Positions 1-12,300 of a stretch of 33,783 bases of DNA are shown here, in pieces. This DNA is from Conidiobolus incongruus B7586 (lineage: Eukaryota). Where the stretch lies: the NCBI GenBank assembly GCA_000697335.1, contig JNEM01011368.1:1-33783 (forward strand), in the 5' to 3' direction. The translations under genes and the position numbers were made by a program. How positions within the stretch are numbered: the first letter of the stretch is position 1; each line of letters opens with the position of its first letter. The notes below the pieces were generated by a model. That model was not told the DNA's origin. It saw only the letters and a program-made list of their open reading frames with translations, and made no database searches.

Positions 1-489
1 AATAACTAATTTCACTTAATAAAATATTTAAAATTATTTTTAATATAAATATAAATCTAATATTATTTTATTCTATTCATTTTTAAATTATAAATTTTTC
101 AACAAATTGGATATTTCAAATTATTTGAAATTTTAATTATAGTAATCAAATTTTATTCGATCGAAATATCAATTTTAATTAAATTGTTAATAATTTATAA
201 AATAAATTCAATTTGTGTAAATTATTAAAAATTATATTAATATTAATTAGAAAAAATTTTCAAATATTATTTGATAGTTTATTATGTATATACAGAGCAA
301 GACTTAAATTTCAAGTAGTCATAGTTGATCATTTTAATGGTAAATCAGACAATATTTTGTAATTATGTTGATTTGATTTAAGATTACAAAGGTGAAAATT
401 AAATGAGTAATTCAAATGATTAAGTTGCCAAATAAATTAAACTGATGCAATTACATATTTAGTTTATTAATAATTATTATACAAACAAT

Positions 490-1965
490 TTAGCGATCTG
501 AGGAGAGAGCTTTATCAATGCCATTAAGCAAAGCTGAAGTACTCTGTAGCATTTGGCTGAGGTTGGCCATTTGTACTTGGAGCTCGCGCTTGTGAGCTGC
601 AAGTGCATCACGGTCAAGAGTATTAACATTCTTGTGGGAATCTAATAAAGGGGAAGATATCAGATGGGATTGTGTGTTCGTAATTTGCTGTGGGAAATTG
701 GGATAGACTTCTCGAATGGATGGGAGAGTAAGTTTTTGGCTGGATTGCATTGATTTTGGTGAATGATAAGGAAGAGATGAGGAAGAAGAAGAGGAAGAGG
801 AGCTATAATTAGAGTTAACTAAAGGAGGTAGAGAAGTACTCTTATAGATTGGTGACACCGATTCGGAATGATGATTTTGAATGGAATGAGGATGGTAAGA
901 AGGCTGAGGAGGAGGTTGAACTGAAAACTTGGATAGAGATGCTGGCATAGAACTGCTAACAGCGGGAGCGGGAGGAGATGTGGGTTTAGGTTGAGTTCGA
1001 ATAGGAGAATAGTTGTCACGAATGGATACTGGTGAAGGTTGGGCTTTAATAGGAGCATAATGGTTGTCAGTATCTTCTTCAATAGTTCTCTTTGCTAACG
1101 CATTCTGATCAATATCAGCTGAGTCGATTGTTGTCTTTTTCTTTGGTCCTAAATAATCTTCAATTGCTGGGACCTCACCATTCAAAGGTTTAGATAAAAC
1201 GATTGGATTAGGATTCCTTTTAACTTTAAAAATAGGCTGATTGGGGCGTGAATGAGGCTTCACAGATGTAGTTGGAGGATCAACGCTCGGTTTTCTTAAT
1301 GGTGAAGGGCTTTCAGTAGGTTGTATATCTGTGTTTTTGGAATTGGCTGGAGTTTCTGAGGATGGGAAAGTATTAATACGTTTGTTACCTACCAACAAAC
1401 GCTTTCTTCGTTTAATCACACTCTTTTTGAGAGATACTGGACGATGAACTTTATGAAGTTTGTAGTATAAACCACATGCATTACATATCGTTTTACCTTC
1501 CTCATCCCTTCTCCAAAGTGGGGTAGTTGTGCTTCCACAATTGCTGCATACAGTCTCTCGCTTAGCTTGATGACTCTGATTATAGACAGGACAACCTCCA
1601 CAGGAGGCAGAACCACCTGTACCATTACATTGACCACTTCCTTTACAAGTTCCCTCACAGTCATTGGTGGGATTCGATAAATTTTCTGGTTTTTTGAGCC
1701 ATGAAGGTCTGAGAGAGCTGCGAGTTTTCAGGTATAAACCACAAGCGTTGCACATAATTGTACCATCGGGAGCTCTCCTCCATAGCGGCGTCTTTGTAGT
1801 TTTGCAGTTTGAGCACATGAGGGCAGTTACTTTAGCTGATCCATCATCTTGATTACAAGATCTCTTTGGTGAGTTGGCTTCTTCTGGTTCGCTAGCACGT
1901 TTACTACCTGGCGAGGGTATATCGTCATAAGAATTGAGATCTCTGATTTCAGTTGAATCATTCAT
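490..1965 (-). CDS. sreA: Iron-responsive GATA repressor of the SreA/Fep1/Urbs1/Sfu1 type (491 aa, no intron evident)
   Basis: Two GATA fingers ([14 protein letters not shown]...CNACGLY and [14 protein letters not shown]...CNACGLY). They flank the Cys-rich linker [20 protein letters not shown] characteristic of Fep1/SreA. A low-complexity middle region is followed by a C-terminal coiled-coil-like segment ([23 protein letters not shown]). Confidence 0.92.
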   Translation of the reverse strand: MNDSTEIRDLNSYDDIPSPGSKRASEPEEANSPKRSCNQDDGSAKVTALMCSNCKTTKTPLWRRAPDGTIMCNACGLYLKTRSSLRPSWLKKPENLSNPTNDCEGTCKGSGQCNGTGGSASCGGCPVYNQSHQAKRETVCSNCGSTTTPLWRRDEEGKTICNACGLYYKLHKVHRPVSLKKSVIKRRKRLLVGNKRINTFPSSETPANSKNTDIQPTESPSPLRKPSVDPPTTSVKPHSRPNQPIFKVKRNPNPIVLSKPLNGEVPAIEDYLGPKKKTTIDSADIDQNALAKRTIEEDTDNHYAPIKAQPSPVSIRDNYSPIRTQPKPTSPPAPAVSSSMPASLSKFSVQPPPQPSYHPHSIQNHHSESVSPIYKSTSLPPLVNSNYSSSSSSSSSSLPYHSPKSMQSSQKLTLPSIREVYPNFPQQITNTQSHLISSPLLDSHKNVNTLDRDALAAHKRELQVQMANLSQMLQSTSALLNGIDKALSSDR

Positions 1966-2296
1966 TATTATAATTGATAAAAAAAATGTGATTAACTAAG
2001 ATTGAAAGAGATTAAAAATTAAAACATTAAAATTTTGTCAAATACTTTAATTTATACTAAAATTCAACAATAAAATATCAATCAAATTGTTGATAAAATT
2101 TATCTAATCAGATTTACTCAATTCATTCATCTTACTATTTTTATTTTTTAAAATTCTTATCATCAAATTATCAATTCCCTTTATCAATTGATCAAATCAT
2201 TTTATAACATAACTCTAACCAATCATCTATAGTTATCATCAAATGAGGGTGTAAATTACTTGTCAACTTCCAAATTTAGAAAATTTAAGTTTTTAT

Positions 2297-2722
2297 ATCT
2301 GATAATCTGTTGGATATTAGAAAGTGGAGTTGATCTAATAGTTAGTAGAAATAACTTCAACTATATATTACTTATTCATTCTATTGTATAAAACTCTTTT
2401 TAACACTTTGAAATTGCAGAGAAGTGTCAATTTCTTCAATAAAATATATAATTATTTTATAGAAAGAACTAGATATTAATAATGTTAATTAAATATCGCC
2501 CTAGATCTATAATAATTTCGCATCAAATAAATGATATAATTCTAATATATGAGATTATCTATCATCAGATTTTATCACATCACAAAATAATGATTAGATG
2601 TAACAAATTAACTATCCAAAATGATATTGTAAAAAGCATAAAAGAGTAAAATGATATGATTTTTTTACTTAATATATGAAATTTATCAGATACATTAAAT
2701 TAACAATTTGTCTATCTGATAA
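2297..2722. promoter_or_regulatory. Cluster of extended GATA elements (ATCTGATAA) upstream of sreA
   Basis: Exact ATCTGATAA at 2297-2305 and 2714-2722 and its reverse complement TTATCAGAT at 2683-2691, plus near matches such as TTATCACAT at 2572-2580. This matches the ATC[AT]GATAA consensus bound by Fep1/SreA. Confidence 0.65.
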
Positions 2723-3643
2723 ATATAATGAACTTAATTCGTAATTTAACTATTTTTAGGTAATTATTATTAAATTTCAAAACTATGATTTATGGAAGTT
2801 TGATTATTTAAAAACATTACTTTTTCTCTTGATTTATATACTTGAATAAACAAAGAATTATTAATTGAAAGCATATCTTTTTGAACAACTTAAAATAGTT
2901 AACATTTACAAATTGATTCAAATGAGGTATACTTTATTAAGCTTTGACTTAATAAATATAATAAAATATCAATAATGCAATAAACTATAACTTAAATATT
3001 TATAATCCGATTTAAAAATATTTATCAAGAATACTCTGTTATATTTTAATTCTAAATTTACCACTCAATTAGCTTTATTCAATTGAATATTTGTGTGACT
3101 ATTTTGATAAAATAAATTCTTAAAAATGAGAAATTTAAATTATTTTTTTATTAAATTTTATTGAAAAAAAATCTAATAAAAATTATTTAAATTTTGATTT
3201 CAATTAAAAATTTCAAATTAGAAATAATTTTAAGAATTCTTAATGATAATATATATTATTAATTAAAATTTATAAAAATAATAACATTTATTTTGAAATA
3301 ATAAATTAATGGAAATATTTAATAATTTGATCAATTGATTAAAAATATCCATTGATTAATGATGTGACTATTGATATATTTAAATAAAAATATATTACAT
3401 TAAGTTTTTAACTCTACAAACTTAAATTCATATTATTGACTAGAGTTACTAATATGTATTTGTATTAAACCAATCCCATAAATTCTATCTCCCTTAATAT
3501 ATTTCAATTTAAACTGATCTGATCTGAAGTGGAAATAATTTAAATACTGATATTATTTAATATTTAAAATTCCAAATATTTTTTATAAAAGAATACAATA
3601 ATATTTAAATTAATTTTCAAATTTAATTTCAAATCATATATTG

Positions 3644-3695
3644 ATATTATAAAAATAATATTATAATATTATAAAAATAATATTATAATATTATT
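3644..3695. repeat. Tandem duplication of a 22-bp AT-only unit
   Basis: ATATTATAAAAATAATATTATA at 3644-3665 and 3666-3687, plus a partial third copy. Confidence 0.6.
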
Positions 3696-3999
3696 TTTTT
3701 TTGACCTATTAAAACTTTAAAATATTAATATAATTCTATATAATTAATAAAAAAGAACAGATTAAAAATTTTGATGAATAAGTTAAATTTCAAATTATTT
3801 AAAATTATTTTCACTAAAAATTTGAAATAGATAAATAAATAATATTCAAGTAAATTAAAGATATATTAATATTACAAAAATTTCAAAATTTTAGTATATT
3901 TTAGGTTATTCAGTTATAATATATATTTTTTATTTTTTTATTATTGTACTTAGTAATTCTTATAGTTTGAAAGGTTTAGTTTTATTAACATTTCAAAAG

Positions 4000-5170
4000 T
4001 TATTCATAATACCAAATCCTCAATATTCTTATCAATAACACTGCTGAATTAAAAAAATTAAAATATATTATGAATAAGTTGAATTTAAGTACTTGGAATA
4101 TTCAGCTGAAAGTGCCTCCCAGCGTCAAGTCTACGATTTTGAAAGAGCTGAAGTTGAATCACAGTGCGATATTCAATTATTTAAGAAGGACGATACAGGC
4201 TGAGAGGTTGAAGGTTGTGATGGGTGGAGAATTGGGGGAGAGTTTTCATAATAATTATCATATGAGTAAGGAGAATTTGGTCTAGTATGGTTTGGTTGTT
4301 GCGAATCCGAGTACGATTAAGGATATTACTATTGGTAAGACGCATTTAGGTCAGGATATTCGAGGTGTTGTGATTACTAATAATATCGAGTCTAAATTGA
4401 CAAATTGAAGCCAAAATTACTAATTCATGGGGGTCAACATGCTGGGGAGTGAATTACAGTTTCTTCCGCTATGTTTTTTAATTGAGAAATTTATCAACTC
4501 CAAGTCCAATATTTTAGATATATTTCAGATTATTCTGATTCCTATTCTGGACGTGGATGACTACGACTATATTTAGGATCAGGATCGATTTTGGGGCATG
4601 AATAGACAGAAAGATCCCAAATCCAATCATATGGGAATTGATCTCAACCGGAATTGGGGCGAGCATTGGGCGCCATCCACTAGGAATCGCTGTAATGAGA
4701 TATACCCTGGGAGTGTAGCTTTTTTAGAGCTCATAATCAAAGCTTTATCCCAATTTATTTTAGATCAGAATAACTTGATAAGATATTTGAATTTGCATGC
4801 GTACAGCCAAGCTTGGATGTATCTGTTCAAATATACTTGTGATCCCAAATTGAAAGTTCAAAATAAATAATATGTGCTATCTTACCAGATGTCGCTTTCT
4901 CTAGCTGAATTTTGAAATACAAAATATCATGAGTTTGGACTTATTTGCAATACAATTTATGCAGCACACGGCAGTTCTGTGGACTAGGCCAATACTCAAG
5001 ATAATATCAAATATTCATCTACTATTGAATTAAGAGATAAAGGTCATTTTGGCTTGTTTTTAACTTAGGGACAGATTATTCCAACTGGTAAGCAGTTGAT
5101 GAGGGGATCGATGTGCTATATTCAAAAACTTAAGCCACTAGTTTATAAGTTTAAAATCGTAAAATATTGA
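4000..5170 (+). pseudogene. Zinc metallocarboxypeptidase (M14A, carboxypeptidase A/B-like) pseudogene; 5' boundary approximate
   Basis: M14 motifs appear in order: HGGQHAGE* (HAREW-like, TGA 4450-4452), DYDYI*DQDRFWGMNR (TAG 4574-4576), GIDLNRNW, CNEIYPGS, LHAYSQ, IYAAHGSSVD* (TAG 4985-4987) and TIELRDKGHFGLFL...QIIPTG. There are multiple stops and frameshifts. Confidence 0.9.
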
Positions 5171-5358
5171 TATATTCAATTAATAATTTTATTGAATGAT
5201 TAATTAAATATATGGTAGTGATTTATCTGAGTTGATTAAATATGAGCATAAAATTTGTTAATAATGAATCATTCAAAGTAATTAATAAATCAGTATTTTT
5301 TTTATCAAAAATCAATTTAATTGCTGAATTAGAAAAATACAAACAAGCCGAAAAAATA

Positions 5359-6225
5359 TTAAAACTTGGCAATAAAGCCCAATCCACCATTTTCGAGACG
5401 ATGGATGGTTTCCGCGACCATTTCCTGTCTCAACATAGCGTAAACACTACCTCCCACGACCATTTTAGGGGCAACAGCTTGAGCGATTTCCTTAGCTTTT
5501 GATAACACTTCTTTCTCAGGAGCAATAGCATCTACTAAATCATTTTCCAAAGCTTCATCAGCTTTAAAGCGATGACCTAACATCAATACCTTTCTAAAGG
5601 TGGAGAATTTGGGGATCTTGCACTGAAGGACACTGGACATACCAGGGGAGAGTGGACCAGGAATGTCAATTTCATTCTAATATAATCATTTAATATATGA
5701 AAAATATCTATAAATCATATTAATTTACCATGCATAAATATCCTCTATCGGACCTCATAACTCTAAAATCATGAGCCATACTAAAAATCTAATACAAATA
5801 AATATGTATCATATAATACAATATTAAAAACAACTTACAAAACCTCCAGCAAATGCGTGACCATTAATAGCAGCAACCGTGGGAATTGGAAATTTCAACA
5901 TAGTAGCCATTAGTTTATGATACATAGCAAAGAAAGGTTCCATACCCACATCTCCAATAGCTTCCAAATTCAACCCATTAGAAAAGATATGCTTCTGGCC
6001 AGTTGTCACCAAAGCTCTGGGGCGTTCTTCCTTTTCGCGCTCATCCCAATAGTGTTTGGCAATGTCGTCTAAAGCTTTTTGGATTTGAGGCATTGATTGG
6101 GGATTGAAACGGTTGTCAGCTTTTACTAAGTGGAGAATATATAAATCACCTTCCATTTCAACCCGACATATGGTATCGTCACCAGCGTTAGGAGGATATG
6201 AAATAGGGAATTGAATAGATGACAT
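5359..6225 (-). CDS. Crotonase-fold enoyl-CoA delta-isomerase/hydratase-like protein, probably peroxisomal (~254 aa; exons 6225-5839, 5788-5729, 5676-5359)
   Basis: Motifs FSNGLNL and PIPTVAAINGHAFAGG|IFSMAHDFRVMRSDRGYLCM|NEIDI. Two GT-AG introns of 50 and 52 nt restore one frame. The C-terminal AKF resembles a PTS1. Confidence 0.9.
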
Positions 6226-7477
6226 TTTTTAATATTATTCTAAATGAATTTTAATTGAATAACTTTGAATTAATAAAAGTGAATTAGAAGGTTTTTATAA
6301 TTTAAAAATTAATTAAATTGTCTCAATATCATATGCTAATTAATTAAATATTCCTAATTTGTTTAAATTTCAATCATATATAAATATATTATCAATAAAA
6401 TTTTGGAATGAAAGTATATACAAATTTGACAGATATTTTTATTAATCAAAGAGATATAAACAAACTTTTATAATAATATCTTAAAATAGTGTTTATTTTT
6501 TTGTAATGAATAAAAGCATTCGAATAGCAATGGAGTTAATTTAAAACTATTCTACTTGAATAAAAAATTCGAATTTAAAACAATTGAGACAAAAATTAGT
6601 TCAAAATTATAATGAACAAATTTTTGGTATTTAAGAGAATGTTAAATCATTTTGATGAAGTAAAATAATAAAAATAACGATATGATAATTATATTCAATA
6701 TTGAGGTTAGTGAATATAGTATTATATTTATAGAAAAGTTTTTAAAATTCTGGGAAAGAAAACATAACCAATAGAGATTACTTTTAATAGTTACTTAAAG
6801 AATTTGATTAAGAACTTTATATATATATGTATAATATAAATTTCAAATTCAACTAAAACAAAAAATAATCACCTAGGTCAAATGAACTGAGGATCATATA
6901 TGTGCTAGACAAGTTTGGTAATCAACTACATTACGAGACTTTATTTTGCATTTCAATATTCTGATGATAATAGTTGATATTCATTGTCACTTTATTTTTA
7001 TAAAAACTTTTCTTGAACATTATTTAAATTTTTTGAGCAATTCAGTCTATAAATATATATATATCATTTTATATTTAATCCAATTATACATTTCAGAATT
7101 ATTTAACCTATTGCTTTTATTGAATCAACATATTATGTTTATTACGATTTCATATTAATAATCTTTAATATATTTTATAACAATTTTTAAATATTGAATA
7201 TATATATATATATATAGATTCCCTATTAATCTTTAACTCCAATTAGTGAATTAATTTAACCTATTTATATAACATTTAATAAATTAATGTCATTAAAATA
7301 TATTTAATTTTTATAAATAATAATTTATTTTATCAAAAAACTAAACAATATACTTTATAAATTCTATAATAATAAATTATTCATAGTATTAACTGTATTA
7401 TTTCTAATTTCATTTACTATTCAACTATAAAATTGAAATTTTCTAAAAAATTGTGAAAGGACCAGTGTTCAAGATAA

Positions 7478-7908
7478 TGATGGGGAATAATCTTGTCTAT
7501 CACTCAAGAAACTCTGACTATTGCACTAATGCAAGAAGTTACATTGGAAGTACCTCATTTTATGAACTAGTTCAACTTATTACTTTCTGTCTGAAGTTAT
7601 TCATAGCCACCTAAACTCAGCAATTGAAACTAATATAAGATTATCACAAGCCAATTAATAAACACTTCTTCCTATCTTCATTTTCAAAAGTATCCAGTCT
7701 CTAAGTTTTTCTTGTAACACTTACAAAAGTGTTGAGTTGTGACAAGTGTGAGATATTTTATTTGAAGAACCCAATTTGCAGTAAGCTAATTTCACCTAAT
7801 TTAGTGAACCCCCTTAATTTCCCTTAACTTTGTGGTAACCTATTGTTTACCACTGGCGATTTCCTGTTTAAGCTCTAAAGTCTATTTCTCCCACATTTAC
7901 AGACGTCA
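7478..7908 (-). mobile_element. Solo-LTR-like dispersed repeat, copy A (orientation given relative to copy B)
   Basis: Its reverse complement aligns along its length with 24014-24450 (shared blocks AATCGCCAGTGGTAAAC, GACTGGATACTTTTGAAA, GTGATAATCTTATATTAG, ACAAGATTATT). Termini are TGA...TCA. It is flanked by ATAA at 7474-7477 and 7909-7912, a candidate 4-bp TSD. Confidence 0.75.
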
Positions 7909-9166
7909 ATAACAAGGAATTACTGTATATCTTAATAGCTTGAAAAATTTATTTCATATAATATGCTCTATTAAAATATTCACTTAATTGATTTATTTCA
8001 ATTATTACTTATAATAATTTCAAAAAAATACTAAAACAAATACCTTAAATGTTTTTTAATAATTGCTCTACTTATTAATTATTGAGATATTAATTCAATA
8101 TATTTAGCTATATATAGTTTTATTTTTTCCAAATGTTGACTTGGTCATATATTTTAATAATATAATCTGAAAAATAAATTTGCTTTTATTCTATTATTAA
8201 CATGTACATCTAATTGGTTAACAAGATACTATTTTATAGTTAAATATTAGATTCATATCTTATGTTGGGTAATATAAATTTAAAATATCTTCTTATCTTT
8301 TAATTAATTTATATTATTGATTTAATTAGACAGTATTATGTTTATATATAAATTTTATTAATAGTGCAATATCATTCTGAAGACTATATATCTGTATAAA
8401 ATTTAATTATTAAATCTTAGGACTTTTTGATATATAGTTATTTTGTAACTTCATTAATAAAAATACTACAATTAACAAAATTTAAAAAAAATCATATTTT
8501 TAATATCAATTATTTTAAAGATTATTTAATAAAAATACAGTTGAAATATATTTAATATGTACAATGTTAAATAGTCTTTTTAAACTCAAGTTGATTTATC
8601 CAATTGATTATATTCTATAAATAACAAATTGATTCTAATTATATATTTATAAATATGATTAATATTACATATTTACAATTTCGAATTTTGATTAGATATT
8701 TAATCAAGTCCAAATTTTTCATTAACGAGTTGTGTCAGGTATATTCACAAGGAAATCAGAGGCTCGAAAATTTCAACTTTCAAAATCGAAATTCAGATCA
8801 ATCAGATATTTTCTGATATTGACAATATTTAGACTAAAATGCCATAAATCTAATTATATATCTAAAAAAGTTAATATAAAATTAAATTATTAAAAAATTT
8901 CTTATTTTTTCAAATTGAAAATGCAAAAATCCATTTGTATAACTATCGAATAACAGTACAATCAAATTTTTCATTTAATAATATAAATGTCGATAATGGA
9001 ATAATCGGTGAATTTACTAAATATATTAGATAAAATGGACGATATCTTAATTGATCTTAAATTACACTTGAATCTAAAGCTGATAAGTATCAACTCATCC
9101 ATACATTACTGACTTTATCAGGAACTTTAGATTACAATTTGTGTTATCAATTTGAAAAATCATTGG

Positions 9167-9268
9167 TGACGTGATGGGAATTTCCTAATTTGGTAGGTAT
9201 GAATCCAAATTATTGTCATGAAGTTTGATGACTCAGTAAATGTCAGAAATACAGTCAAATTATAAAAA
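9167..9268 (+). promoter_or_regulatory. ARO1 promoter with a Gcn4/CpcA site, a CRE-like site and a TATA box
   Basis: ATGACTCA at 9228-9235, TGACGTGA at 9167-9174 and TATAAAAA at 9261-9268, 130-230 bp upstream of the ATG. This fits general amino-acid control of an aromatic biosynthesis gene. Confidence 0.6.
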
Positions 9269-9398
9269 CCCTTGAATATTTTTTTATCTTGAAATATTAA
9301 ATTCATCATTAAATAGTTTTGATTATTTACAATATTTTACATAATAGTTAATATTATTGCTTTAAATTATTGTTATTAAAAATAAATAATTACATATA

Positions 9399-12300
9399 AT
9401 GTTTACTGAAAGTGTATCAATTCTTGGAAAAGAATCTATTTTCGTTGGCTATGATTTAATACCAACGATAATTTCAAGTTTATCAAAAGAAAAATTCAGT
9501 AAGGTAGTATTAGTTACTGATCAGAATTTAGCCTCTTTGTACCTTGAACAATGGAATTCCCAATGGGATCAGTTCTACTCTCAACCTGAAGGAAATCAAG
9601 CTCATAAAGAATTTTTTACTTATATCATTCCCCCTGGCGAAGGAAGTAAATCAAGAAAAGTAAAAGCTCAAATAGAAGATTATTTACTTGAGCAAGGATG
9701 TACAAGAGACACATGTTTGATTGCGTTTGGGGGTGGAGTTATTGGGGATTTGGTCGGTTATGTTGCTGCTACTTTTATGAGAGGTGTTCCAGTTATTCAA
9801 GTTCCTACATCCCTATTAGCTATGGTTGATAGTAGTATCGGTGGAAAAACTGCAATCGATACTCCTCACGGAAAGAATTTAATTGGCGCTTTCTGGCAAC
9901 CTCTTGCCGTTTATGTCGACTTGAGTCTTTTACGAACTTTGCCACAACGAGAATTTTTCAATGGAATGGCTGAAATCATCAAAACAGCTGCTATAAGCAA
10001 TGCAGAAGACTTTGAGTTATTAGAGGTAAAGCACTTGGATATGTATCTCTCTGTCTATCCTGATTCACCTAATGAATTTATCGAAGGTAATACAATTTTG
10101 TATTTTTAAATGATTTTGTGTTTATTTTATCAGTCTTAATATTTATTAATAGTTTAAATGATATACTAATATTAACAATTTTCAGGTAAAAAGCTACTTC
10201 AAAAAGTAGTAGTTGGTTCTATCAAATTTAAAGCCCATGTCGTAACAGAAGATGAAAGAGAAAGCGGATTGAGAGGTTTACTCAATTTTGGTCATAGTAT
10301 TGGACATGGTATCGAAGGACTGGTATCCCCTCATTTGCTTCATGGCGAATGTGTTGCCATTGGTATGATTCAAGAAGCTGAAGTTTCCAGAAGTTTAGGA
10401 CATTGCTCTCAAGCCACTATTGCACGTCTTACCAGAGTATTAAAATTATATCAACTTCCTGTTTCTTTAGATGATCCAATCGCTTCAAAGAGACTTCCCA
10501 ACCAATTGAAACATTTAAAAATTGAAGATTTGATGCGAGTCATTAAAGTTGATAAAAAGAATATTGGAGGAAGAAAAAGAATTGTGTTGCTTGCTAGAAT
10601 CGGTGCCACTGTAGAATTACAACCTACTTTCGTTGATGATTATCTTATTGAAAGAGCAATGGCTCCTGCCATTCAAATTCCCAAGTCTTCTCTTAACGAT
10701 ACTTCTGCTGCCGAAATTGCCGTCCCAGGTTCTAAATCTATTTCTAATAGAGCTTTAGTATTGGCTGCTCTTGGTCAAGGGATTTGTAGATTGAAGGGTC
10801 TTCTGCATTCGGATGACACACAAGTCATGTTGGAGGCATTGAGATTATTTGCAGGAATCCAGTATCAATGGGAGGATAATGGTTTAACCCTAGTTATCGA
10901 AGGATGTGGCAATCCTTCCAAATTTGTTGTTCCATCAGTTCCTCTTTACTTGGGTAATGCTGGAACAGCTTCTCGATTCTTGACTTCTATTTGTTGTTTA
11001 GTTCCCCCACAAAATCAACCAGATTCTAATGAAGGTCTTATACTAACTGGCAACGCACGAATGAAGCAAAGACCCATTGGTCCTCTTGTTACAGCACTAA
11101 GAGAAAATGGTGTCGATATCAAATATGTGGAAAATGAAGGCTCTTTACCATTACTTATCAAGCCATCGGCTGGGGGCTTTGCTGGAGGTGAAATTAGACT
11201 TTCTGCGACGGTTTCATCCCAGTACGTCTCCTCAATCTTAATGGCGGCTCCATATGCTAATAAGGAAGTCGTGTTAATACTTGAGGGTGAACATGTCATT
11301 TCTCAGCCTTATATTGATATGACTATAGCTATGATGAAGAGCTTTGGTGTTAACGTTGAAAGGTTATCCGAAACTTCTTATAGAATTCCTGTTCAATCAT
11401 ATGTAAATCCACCAGTTTACCAAGTAGAGGGTGATGCTAGTTCCGCTACTTATCCTCTCGCTCTTGCTGCTATTACAGGTCGTCAAGTTACTGTAACCAA
11501 TCTTGGTAGTGAGTCTCTTCAAGGTGACGCGGGTTTTGCTGTTAAGGTTCTTAAGCCTATGGGATGCCAAGTTACCCAAACTGCTTACACCACTCAAGTG
11601 CAAGGCCCTCCAAAAGGTCAACTCAAATATCTTCCAGATATTGACATGGAGACTTTAACTGATGCCTTTTTAACTGCTTCAGTACTTGCAGCTGTAGCTA
11701 CTGGTCGCCCTGATGATGCTCCTGCCGATCAACCACCGGTTACCAATATTAGTGGTATTGCCAATCAAAGAGTTAAAGAGTGTGATAGAATTGCTGCCAT
11801 GGTCACAGAATTAGCTAAATTCGGAGTGAAGAGCTGGGAGCTGCCTGATGGTATTGCCATTCAAGCATCCCGATATGATCAATTAAAAGCTCCTGTTGAA
11901 GGGGTTCATTGCTATGATGATCATCGTGTTGCTATGAGCTTCAGTATTTTAGGTTGTATCGTTCCTGATACTATTATTAATGAAAAACTTTGCGTTGGAA
12001 AAACTTGGCCTAACTGGTGGGACGATCTTAGCCGCTGCCTCAAAGTCACTGCTTATGGTGTTGAAGTTCCACGTCCTATTCACAAGTTAGAAAGATCTAT
12101 TTCATCTCAAAATCCCAGCATCTTTATTATTGGTATGCGTGGAGTCGGAAAGACTACATCTGGAAAGATAGGTGCTAGCCATTTGAATATGGACTTCATC
12201 GATCTTGACGAATATTACCAGGAAGTTTACCAAATCTCAGTTAGAGAAACAGTTGAAAAAGAAGGATGGGAGGTGTTCAGAGACAAAGAACATCGATTAT

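Noticed and set aside
819..1852. Short alternative-frame and antisense ORFs inside sreA (likewise inside ARO1, RPA49 and the Zn2Cys6 gene)
   Set aside because: They are shadow ORFs of real genes with no recognisable motifs.
3100..3900. Very AT-rich tract as another hypermutated transposon (also 1-290)
   Set aside because: TGA/TCA words persist and I could recover no transposase motifs by eye.
4400..5100. Stop-codon reassignment or A-to-I editing to explain Trp-position stops in the pseudogenes
   Set aside because: The same loci have frameshifts and lost catalytic residues. Intact genes use TGG for Trp and end in TAA, TAG and TGA normally.
6946..7158. 70-aa hydrophobic ORF (similarly 31638-31823)
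   Set aside because: The Ile/Leu/Phe/Tyr-rich composition is expected by chance from AT-rich DNA; the first also starts at TTG.
9399..10268. ARO1 split into two genes, as the ORF track suggests
   Set aside because: A canonical 99-nt intron (10087-10185) joins them in frame.
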